Below are positions 48,413 through 58,812 of a stretch of DNA of 64,000 nucleotides, piece after piece (the first letter of the stretch is position 1; each line of letters opens with the position of its first letter). The stretch is taken from positions 5,394,001-5,458,000 of the forward strand of contig JAYWIR010000005.1 in assembly GCA_036172245.1 (NCBI GenBank), written 5' to 3'. A program made the translations under genes and the position numbers. Origin of the DNA: Raillietiella orientalis (Eukaryota). The notes beneath the pieces were generated by a model. The model ran no database searches. It had not been told where the DNA came from and saw only the letters and a program-made list of their open reading frames with translations.

Positions 48413-51173
48413 TGCCGGGGACTGGACGCGGATCTCAGGTGCGGCGGAACACCGCCGATACCTGAGAGGCGTCACCCTCTGGAATCTCACAGACTGGAAT
48501 CTCATGAAGGTCTCAGTCCGCGAGTTCTGCGAGGAGTTCCCTCTGCACCTCCTGCCCCTGGGATTTGGTGAGAGGGCCCGCAACGAAAGAGAGTATTTGC
48601 AGGCCCGTCGTTACGGGAGGACCCCTAACGTCCGTCTCTTGACCGAGTACAAAGCCGGGGCCGAGCGTCAAACCTGGCAATCCGGGCCGCCCAGCGTGCT
48701 GGACGACCTGGACCAGGAGCACTCGGACCAGGCTTCGATACGTCGCCTCGTGCGGGGATTTTACTTCTCCCTTACGCCAGGGCACCTGCGGAGTGGGACG
48801 CCTCGCGGCGCTTACTCCCAGATGGAGCCCCGGCCATAGGAGAAGAAGAGAAAGAAAGCCTCGACGAACCTTTTACGACCGGTGAAATCATAACCGCGAT
48901 TAAAAGGCTCAAAAGGCGTAAGGCGCCAGGGGAGGACGGTCTGCCGGAGGAGTTTTTTCAGTGCTTCGCGGCAGAGCTGAACCCCTGGTGCTCGAGTTGA
49001 CACGGCTGATCCTAGACGAAGGCACAGTACCATAAGGCGTTCGATTTTCACCCGGATTTCGCCGGGGCGTACCATAAGGCGTTCGACTGCTTGGACAAGG
49101 AACTCCTTCCGGAGCTCCTGGATCGCATGGGCTTCCCACCCTCCCTACTGATCTACCTGCGCTCTTGCTGGCGCAGTGCGATAATAAAAGTTTTTTTCAG
49201 CAGTCAGAATGTGTACGGCGTGCCGGTGCGCCGCTGGATAAGGTAGGGCGACAGCCTGAGTCCCCTGCTCTTTAGCACCTATTTCGAACTGGTGCTGAGA
49301 GCAAACAGGGTGACATTGGCTGCCCTGTAGAGCTCGTGCCGCGGCACGCCGGCCGTGTCGGCGTATGCCGACGATCTTCTGCTCCTGCTGCCCATGTCCG
49401 CAGCGGCTTCGGCAGTCGAGCATTTCTTCGACTTGCTGAGCCGCGGGACAGGACTACGGGTGAACAGGTCGAAGTCGTCGGTGGTAGTGGTTGATGCAAT
49501 ATGGGCAGGACGACCTGACTGGATCCGCCTGGGGATCCCCACGGAGAGGTACTTAAAATACCTTGGCGTTCCGTTGGGAGACTTCTGCCAGTTAGAAGCC
49601 TTGTCAGGTCGTCTCCAGAAAGTAAAGTCGGCGATCGGCCCGTTCCTGGGAGGTAAGTTTCAGTTGCCGGATCGGGCCGCGGTGTGGAGCGCGTTCGCGA
49701 CCCCCCTTCTTCTCCCCCTGCTCTTTGTTTGCTTGTACCCCGCGAGATGAAGAAGAGAACCAAGGACCTCCTGCGCATCGCCCTGTGGGGCAGCGGGAGC
49801 CCCATGTGCCTCTGCAAGACTTGTGCGCTCCACGTTGGGATGGCGCTCTTGGCCTCCTGACGCTAGAGCGGATGAAAATTCAGCTGCAATGGCGAACCTC
49901 GGCCATCGCGGCGAAGTACTGGAGCACCCATTGATGCGTTCCGGACCGCCTCCTTTCCAGCCGTGTATCCGGGATGCAGGGTCTCGCGTCGTATCTTCTG
50001 TGCCGCGGCCGGAAGATCAAAAGATGCGGCCTTCTCCTGGGACGCATGGCCACCCTGGCTAAGGAGAACGGCTGGATGGCCTGCAGCCCCACCAACTCCA
50101 GCGCATGTCTGGAAGAAACAGTTGGCACGTGGGAGAAGTTAAACCAGTCAAGTGGTGAATCGTGGAACCGCCTGCGACCCGGCATCTACACCCGCTGCAC
50201 GCTGCGGAACATGCTCGAGTGTCCCGCCAGAAGTACGTGGGCGGAGACGACCCCACTGTCCACGGCGTTACCCTTCTTGAGGAGGGTGCTCGGCAGCAGC
50301 CGAACGCTGAGGTGGCAAATCTCCTGCTGGATAGCGGTCAGGGAGCAGATGATGAGCGGCTGGACCACGAGGGAACTGGCTGACGCCACGACCCCGAGCG
50401 CCCTCCCGCGAGGAATTCGGAGATGGGGTGAGCTGCTGGGCATCCCGCTGAATGACCTAAAGTGGCCCCCGGTATTCAGAGACGCATCCACCCTCCCCCT
50501 CAAGTGGCAGGAAGCGGCGCTGCTGCTGCTGCACTGGGGTATTCCCTGCAATGCGCGCCGCCACCACTGGACGTTGGGGAAGGTGGGACAGAAGTGTGCA
50601 GTGTGCGGGCAGAAGGAATCCTCCCCCACTTGTTAGTGGACTGCACTGGCCTCCGGACCTTGTGGGAACATTTTGCTACGGCCCTCTGGATGCCGGTCGG
50701 CAGTACCCGCAGAGACGTTGTGCGACTCCTCTTCGTATGAGACGCCCTGCCACCAGCCTCAGCCCTAACAGCGCTCTGCTGCCTACGAGGGATGGTGGCA
50801 GCGTGGAGCGCAGCCAACAGAGGAAGCAGCGATAGGGACCCCATCGTACACTCGGGTCGCTACCTGCGAATCGCGATCGGATGGTCCCATCTGGGAGCTA
50901 TGCAGAGGGACCACGAGGGCATTCTGGAAAGGATGATCTCTTCCTCCAGCGGACAGCGATCCCTTCCCTGCCCACCCAAGTGTTTCTTTTTTTTTGTTTT
51001 CCTTTTTATTTTTATATTTGTTTTCTCCCCCATCCCCACGGTTGCCGAGAAGAGTCAAGCCGGTCTGCGCACCGGCTTCCCGGCAGGCCCCACGGTCTAT
51101 TGGCCGTAGCGGGGCCTCGTACCGCAAATGTACCGAGTTTAGGAATAAACGCCCCGGCGTGACCGGGTGGGAA
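48413..51173 (+). mobile_element. Element B, 3' segment: RT, zf-RVT, 3' UTR and terminal hairpin (with deletions and stops)
   Basis: 'KAPGEDGLPEEFF', 'HKAFDC', 'GDSLSPLLF', 'YADD', 'KYLGVP', 'CAVCGQKE'. AATAAA 51144-51149, hairpin 51150-51169. Probable 12-bp TSD CTTCCGTCRTCG at 41976-41987 and 51174-51185. Confidence 0.93.
49045..49068 (-). mobile_element. 24-bp LINE terminus-only insertion with 18-bp TSD
   Basis: GTACCATAAGGCGTTCGA is duplicated at 49027-49044 and 49069-49086. The insert's reverse complement is GCCCCGGCGAAATCCGGGTGAAAA. Confidence 0.92.
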
Positions 51174-51527
51174 CTTCCGTCATCGCCGACGAGGCGAGGA
51201 GCGTGCATTCCCACCCGAGGTCATGCGTGCCTCTGAGAGCGAGTAGTCGTACGCCCACTGGAGCATGGCCCCCACGGACTTGAGTTCGAGAGTTTCTTGT
51301 GCGCGTGTCAGGTTCCCGTTGTGTTCGCGGCAGCGTGCACTTCTTTTCTTCTCTCTCCTTTTTTCATTCCACGGTCGAAGTCTCAGTGGGATTCGCCCAC
51401 TGACCCAGGTCAGCTGGGAATCTGCGAAAGAAATCGCCCCTGAGCACGGAAAGATCGTGTAGATTCCCTCCCCTCCCCCGTGCTCACGACGCCGGGGGGC
51501 TCCGTCTTCCCAGCATCTAGCAGGGCC

Positions 51528-52016
51528 GACCACTCAGAAGGACGGTCGCCTCTTCGGGATTACCATCTGCCCACTTGCCGGCCATCCCTCTCCCACTTTG
51601 CAAGAGCGGCGGTAGCAATTACGGTCAAAGAAAGGTGTGGACAGAGTCTGAGTGCGGTCATCCGTGAAAAGGACGACTCGCGACGATTACGGACGGACCT
51701 AGACTTCCTCAATTGACCTAGTCCCCACAAAACAATCTATTTTCCCGGTCCTTCCCTTCCATACCGACGCAGGTTGTCGGGAACCATAGTCGTATCGTTG
51801 TCACCACCATCTTCATCATCGTCGTCGCCACGGTGAGGCCGATCCATTCTACCCCGTTTCGCCTCCTCATTGGCCCTTCCTTCCCCCCCCCCTCTCTCTC
51901 TCCATGCCTGCCAGGCCTGCCTCCAGCGAAGGTCGAATCCTCTCGTTTTGCGTCAGCAGATGGCTGGCCCTTTCTTTTGGGGGCAGTTTCGCTCACCCAT
52001 AGTGAACGGATGGTCC
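51528..52016 (+). repeat. ~490-bp dispersed direct repeat, copy 2
   Basis: Near-identical to 30475-30962. Confidence 0.95.
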
Positions 52017-52399
52017 GGCACTCCGGTGACGGAAGGTCAGACGCGATTGGCTGGCGTAAGCCAAAGCACGCTTCTGCTCGGCACCGGAAGGGAAATGGGA
52101 GGAGGATTTACCAATGAAGCTGGAACCAGACGACCTGCTTGTTTGGGATCAGCAGACTCTGCTGATGCCCTGGGAAGTCATTTTAGGAGAGAAAGCTGTC
52201 ATCTGAAACAGGAGGAAGCCTAGAAGATCGAAAGGCACCTGGGAAGTCCTGAACACCGACCGCGTCTCAACGGCATGCTTCATGCGTACGAAGATCAAGG
52301 TCATGGACTGCGTCTTTGGCACTCGTTTCAAGCAGCCAGTCGCCAGTTCGTGAGAGGCCATTCGAGGCGGCAAGTCAACCATCAGCAACACCTCTTCCA

Positions 52400-52770
52400 T
52401 GCAAGAGAAGGCGCGCCACGAATCCCGAAACCAAACCAAGTCCACCTCCCCAGGTTCCACACAGAAGAAATGTCCCATCCTTTCCAGGTTTGCTAGTCCG
52501 TTATCACCATCCACAGATGGAGATGACGGACACAGTGGATGGTGGAAGGGGGATGACGGAAACTCAGAGGATTCATCGTTGGGCACTGCAGCTGTTCATC
52601 TTGCGATCCTTCCCAAATCCTTCGTTTCGATTCGCAATGTCCCCGTGGGCGAGAAGATTCAAAGTGGCGTTCGCAGCCGAGATGCGATCTCCCGGCATGC
52701 AGCATCCATTTCTCAGCAATGCACGCTGCGTGACCATGTAGCCCTCAAGCTTCCCTTCTGCTGTGCCCCT
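52400..52770 (+). mobile_element. Possible LINE ORF1 (gag-like, zinc-knuckle) remnant
   Basis: 'FVSIRNVP' followed by 'SPGMQHP / QQCTLRDHVALKLP' resembles the V.I.NVP...Y.G.P..CxxCxxxxHxxxxC pattern of L1/Tx1 ORF1, in degenerate form. Confidence 0.35.
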
Positions 52771-53675
52771 GTGAGCCCCCCTCCCGGATAGCAGCGCCGA
52801 TGACCGCGAACTTCCCACCCATCATCGTGGAAGGCGTTCCTGGAGCGCGCGAGAATTTGGACGCGTAGCGATGGGAGCCACTTCGCGCGCACCCCCCTCC
52901 CTCCCCACGTTTCCCACAGCGACTGTCGAACGGAAGCTGACCGGACAAAGGATCTTAAGGACCTTCCTATCCTTCTACAGAGGACGAGGGGGGGTGCGTG
53001 ACCAAGTGCGATCGTTTTATATTCAGCCGATTCGGGTGTCCCTACCACGAACCCTCAGCATATTCCTCCCTGCACGGACCCCGTGAGCTATTCGGGGACA
53101 TTCACGAGAAAAGGAACACAAAGGCATCCTTCCTCGTCTCGCAGGGTTTCGTCTTTCCGACCCCCCGTGGACCATCTCCGCCCTTCCCTTCCGAAAATTC
53201 GAAAGATCTGAAAGCATCCAAAGGGAGCTGCGGAGAGCCGACTAAGAACCAAACGCCCCTGTTGAAAAGTCGTCGTCAGGGAAACGGGAAAAAAAAAAAA
53301 AAGAGGCAGCTTTTCTGTTTCTCCTCCCGTCCAAGGGAAGAGAGGCGACGAGAAACAGCCCGCTGCCGCTGCCATCTTCGAAGGTCCGCGAGAAGACCAG
53401 CTCTTGCGCGTGGGAAGAGTGGAACTCGCTCCTTCGCCCCCGAGCCCGTAGGGGCGACAAGGTCCAGATTCACCCCGAGGGGATGCAGCGAGGTGGAGGA
53501 ACGCCCTAGAGAGGACCATCTCTGGGCTACACGTAGAGGACTGCGCAGATGCGCCCTTCATCTCGAGGCGCGTTCTCAGAAAGCAAGCACCACGAGGAGT
53601 CGGGTGAGGTCGCTTAACTCCTTGGGTGGGGAGGCCTGAAGGGTGTAGCGAGCGGTGCTGCCGTGTGGATCCGAG

Positions 53676-54061
53676 ATGGTTCCGAAGTCCGGTAGTGGGG
53701 AAGCAGCGAAGACAGGCCAGGTGCAGAACATCACAAAGGGAGACAAGAAGAAGAAGAAGGGGAAGAGGAAGGAGAACCACGCCATCTACATTCATAAAGA
53801 GTTTCGAAGCAGGTGCATCCGGATAGGGGTGTCTCCAGCAAGGCCATGTCGATTGGGAACAGCTTCGCGAATGACATCTTCGAGCGTATCGCAGCAGAAG
53901 CGTCCCACCTGTCCCACTACGACTGTGCGCATAGGACCATCATCACCAGCCGGGAAAGTGCAGACGACGGTGCGCCTGTTGCTGCCCGGAGAAATGACCG
54001 AGCACGCCAAGAGTACCGACAAGGCACGAAAGCTGTGACCAAGTACACGAGCTCGAAGCAA
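53676..54061 (+). pseudogene. H2B: Histone H2B pseudogene (full length, frameshifted)
   Basis: Segments: '[41 protein letters not shown]' / '[43 protein letters not shown]' / '[17 protein letters not shown]' / '[12 protein letters not shown]'. Three frame changes; CAA stands at the expected stop position. Confidence 0.96.
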
Positions 54062-57000
54062 ATTGTACGGCAGCAATGCTTTTCGGTTTCGTGGTGGAGG
54101 CGGTCTTTTTCGCTGCTACTCTGTCATAACCAAAGACCAGGATCAACGGCTCTATTCGAATGCTTACGGAAGAATGCAGAGCGATCGGCAGTAATGATAG
54201 CAACCACTGAAGCAATGATGCGATTAGAGCCAGTCAGAAGACGTTGAGGGGCTCTGAGGCTCGACTCGTCTGGAAATAGCAACGTCACCGTGTCCAGCCG
54301 CTACGCCGGCGCTAGCAGCAAAGTCGGCTACGTCGCCCATCTGACGGGCAGTGCCTCTGGCTCCCTCGTGGGCATTGACGGGACCCACCTCTGCGTCCAA
54401 CCCTGGGAGCGCGTGGTCTGGTGGATATCCCTGGTCCTCTCCGTGGCCCTCATGCTCACGACCGCCGTCTGCAATGTCGCCTTCCAGACGAGACGGGCGA
54501 GGCGGGCCCAGTGGGAAGGGGAAGGGAGGGAGGAGAAAGAGAAACGCCGGGGACGGGAGTCGTCTCCCCTTCCTTCCTGTCAGGGGCCGCTCACCCTGCC
54601 CTCCCTTCCGGGGTTTCGGGCGGCACGCTACTCAGCGCTGCAGTCGGAGCGGCGGATGAAAGATATATATATTAAAAAAAAATAGCAATATCGGAGGAGA
54701 GAACTCTCTAAGCAACTATGCAGTCTGGATACATCCCAACGCACCCAAATAGTAAATGCCTTCTAATTTAAGACTGTGCATACCCATTTTTTTTTTTTTC
54801 TTCGTTTTCTTCTTTTTTTTTTTTTATTTAATTCAGCCAGAGGGGGCAGTGCAAAGGAAGTAAGACCGAAGCAAGTTTTTTCCCACATGCGTGTGCAACA
54901 CAGCGTGATGAGAGGGCAACTGGGAACAGGCTTGGTTCCTTCTGTTTCCTGGTTCCTTATCCTGCTGGAAGCACCCTCTGCGTAACATTCTGTAGCGGAT
55001 GTCAATTCCCCTCTAAATGGTTTACTTGACGGTTAGGTTAGCCAGGAGAAACTCCTTTAGATGAGAATGTTCTCTTTGACAGTTGGTCGATGAGAGCAGA
55101 AAGACCATTCTGACTCTTTCGTTCCTCTCGATTATCTCAGACAGGCGAGAGAAAGCAAGTTAACAAAACGAAAAACTAGTTCTGTGTCATACTTCCTGGT
55201 GGACTCCGAAAAGGCATTCGAAAATCAATCAGAACATGCCGAGGACAGTAAAAGTAGCAATGCCCTCCCCCCACCTCTACCATGCAATATCCATTCTATG
55301 CTCATTAGCGAGATTGATGTCGAAATTTTTTGAGGTCTTCGTTTTTACGTCACCAGTTCGCTCTTCAGCCTTCGTGATACCAGAGCTAAGAATACTTAAG
55401 CAGTTTTGTGGATAACTCCTTTTACAATCTCGTCCACTGTAAAGCTGTGTTAAAAGAAACAGGCACACACACCAAAAAAAACAAAAAGGCAAATTCAAGA
55501 TCAAAGAAAATCTTATCTGATCTTAGACTTTTTCACCGAAAGATGTGATGGCAGTAATTACAGAAGCGTGCTCGAGAACTATCAAAGCTGAAGCAAGATC
55601 CCCTTTCCGCTATCCAAGAGAGTGTTCACACATGAAATCAGAAAATTGGAAAAAATTCTCCAGGATCTCCCTCTTGCATTTTCAGATCCTTTCAGTTTTT
55701 TCGACTGAGGAAACCGACCGTCAATGATTTATGAATCATTTTTCATCCCGAACAATGAAGATTAGAAATGCTCGTCGTAGAGCGTTTGGTGTTTCCTCCT
55801 CCTCCCACAACCTGGATGCATTATTTAAGGAAATTCTTGATTACAGGGTCGAAAATACAGATAAAATATGGAACAGAGCAAGCCGTTCACAAAAGGAATG
55901 TTCGATTAAAAAGAATCATGTGGAATGCTTTAATCACGGGACAAGGAACTGCGTTTACTGACAAACAGCCTATGATGAGTCTACAGTATTACCAGTACAT
56001 TTCCGCCTCACAAGTAGATGGCTTGTATTTCATACGCTCATAATATCATATCAGTCATTTTCACCTCTATAAAAAAAAAAAAAAACTACTTTTCCGATAT
56101 TTGCAGAGCGTCTGTTGGGAAGTTGGAACTTTGCACTAGACGTTCTTATTGGCAGGTGATCCACAGCTACTGGAACTACGAATCCGGAATTTTGTGCATG
56201 AGATTGGATCTCGTAAACAGCCACATCGGAAGCTCGTCTGGAATGAAACCGTAGCCACCTCTCTCCCGTGGACACATGTTTCTGGAGCTGCATAGATAAA
56301 CGGGAAGTTTTCAATAAAAGGAAGAGTCATTAACGTATGTATTGCTGAATTTTACATCCTTTTTAGATCACGTGACAAAAATTTTACTGGACATTGCATC
56401 CTCAGTACATAAGAGTTGAAACTCCTAACCTCACACCAAATTGGGGCTCAATAAGACTGTTCTCAAAATTAACAACCATTCTCTTTAGACAAAAAAATTT
56501 TCTAGTTCCAAAGTTCCATGAGGATTCCCTGAAACCACCATTCCGAGTGAAGTTTTCATTTCGCTGATCCCATAATTTCACGTAAACTCGCAGCCTTTTG
56601 TCTTCATTCCATTTTACTTTTTGCTTCATTGTTTTTGCACATTTATTTGAGTTTAGCGTTTCCATTTAAATGAAATTAATGGCATTTCACCTTGGATTCT
56701 GATACTCTGGTCAGGTTTTTCCGTTCGTAAACAGATTGTTCCAGGCACTTGGAGATACAACAGCTTGGGAGAGAGGAAAACAAAAAAAGGAAAAAGAAAA
56801 GAAAGAGAAGGAGGGAGGGAGCGAGGGAGGGTGAGAGAAAGCCAACAAATAATTCCTTGCTGTGTAGAAATTCGAAGTGAGGTTTGACCTCATTGAAGTA
56901 TATTTTGGGAATATCTTTGTGTTAATATTGAAAACAGGACTTGTTGCCATGGCAACTAGTATTCGAAGGGATTGCCGCACGGCGGATGTTTTTTTTTTTG

Positions 57001-58732
57001 TTGTTGTTATCAAACAAAGTGGGTGACAAAGCTCGCTATTTATTTTAATTCCCGGCTTGATTCACGTTTTCAAGCACCAAGTACGAATTTTTTTTTTTTT
57101 TCATTTTCGAGATTTTTCTGCACGAAGAGAGAATTTTTATTTGCTCTCTCCAATTAGCCACTCGAATGATTCTCTCTCTCTCTCTCCCCCCCCCCTCCCC
57201 CTGAAACACACCTGGTTGCATCTACAAGAATTCGTGTTGTTCTGCACACAGCACGCCGTTGCTGAGTTGTTTGCAGGACGTTCGGCTCCGATGCTGCGTC
57301 AGCAGTCATATGGCACGACGGTTACTCGAGAGACCGCACGCTTCTCGTTCGGGAAAAAAAGGTCATCCGGTTGCACGAGAAAACTTGTCGGGATCCAGGA
57401 AGATTCTTGCGATGCTTAGCAGCACATTAGTCACCTCTGCAACATCTGCTCAAGCAAATCGCTATCGGTCGAACGCGCGATCCCAGCGTAATTAACGGCA
57501 GGCCGATTTCGCCCGCGATAAGGCGACACGACGCTCATAACAAGGCAGAGAGAATCGAAAAATGCATCAGGTGGTCAAGATCACTTCCCCAGCGCGATAA
57601 GGAAGGTGACTACGGCGACTTCTTGCATTTGGCCTTTTGTTATTTCGCAGATAAAGTATCGGCTCAATTCATTGAACGCTAAAGGCTGGATGGAGAAGAG
57701 GCAGCAGACTAGAGGAGCACTCTGGTTGGCGGCTTTCGAATATGGGCCAGTGCGGAATCGGACACGATCGGGCGTTTCGTGCGCTCTGCGATCGGCGCTG
57801 TTCCCGAGGCGCCCTCGGGATCTCGACGGGGACGAAGAGGAACAAACGACACACCGGCATGTTGCCGGGAAAGAACGGTGGAAATCCGTCCCGCCCCATC
57901 TGTCGCTCGCCCGTCGTCCTCTAGGTTGCAAGAACCTGAGATTACGTGTTGGCTCGCGAGGGCTCAGCTGAAAGGATAAGGGGAAGTAGAGGGAGGAAGA
58001 AGCAGGAGGAAACCCGACCCCATAATCTGTTGATGAGGAAGGAGGGAGTTGATGTGCCCATAATGGCTCTGCCGCGAAAGCGGATCTCCGGTTGTCCCCT
58101 CTCCCTTCAGGGGAGAATGGACCTCGAAGGGAAGGATCAGGATGCCTCCTCTCAAGTCAGTGCGTAGGCGGTATGACCACTTCGCTTCTGCTTGCGAGCA
58201 CCCTGGTGCACGACATCTCGAAATCGTTCCTTTTTCTTTTTTTTCATATTTTTTTTCTGTTTATTCTGAGGTGGCTGCGGAGGACCAAGTGGTGGCAAAA
58301 CGCGCACTCCTAGTTCTCGCAAACGCAAGACTTGTCCACCCGCCGCCACCCTGCCTTCCTGGCAAGGAACTTTCCATTTCCGAGTCCGAGTGTGCCGTCG
58401 GCTTCCAGCGGGCCAGAACAGAGCCTTTCTCTCTTGACAGCCCGCATCCTTGGCCAGACTGGACATGGAATCTCTCCGAAGTGCCCCCCAGCAGCGATCG
58501 CAGCATCCTCTGGGTTTTCTGGGAATTCCGACAGCTTTTCTCTGAGCTCTTCGGCCATGGGAGTGGCTCGGCCATCCACTCCTGTCTCTGGGCGCGCGTG
58601 ATTTCCGGCGCTATGACGTGCTCAAACATGACCTTGTGAAATCCCCATCCTCTCTAGTCAAGGTCACTCCTCGAAACGCTCGCAGAGGAGTGCTGCAAAG
58701 GCTGGCGTCGTAAACAACAGCGGAAAGCCATG

Positions 58733-58812
58733 ACCACCACCTTCACACGGCTACTACCAGATCATCGTCATTACCACCACCTCCACACGGCTACCACCAG
58801 ATCATGATCACC
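58733..58812. repeat. Tandem duplication, 2 x 40 bp, within a CAC/CAT-rich tract
   Basis: ACCACCACCTYCACACGGCTACYACCAGATCAT... begins at 58733 and again at 58773. Confidence 0.9.

Noticed and set aside
53200..53640. Divergent H2A partner upstream of H2B
   Set aside because: No H2A motifs (SRAGLQFPVGR, AVLEYL) recognised in the frames examined.
57020..57470. hAT transposase C-terminus ('LDSRFQ', 'LVTSATS')
   Set aside because: The motifs are too short and degenerate, and no TIRs were seen.
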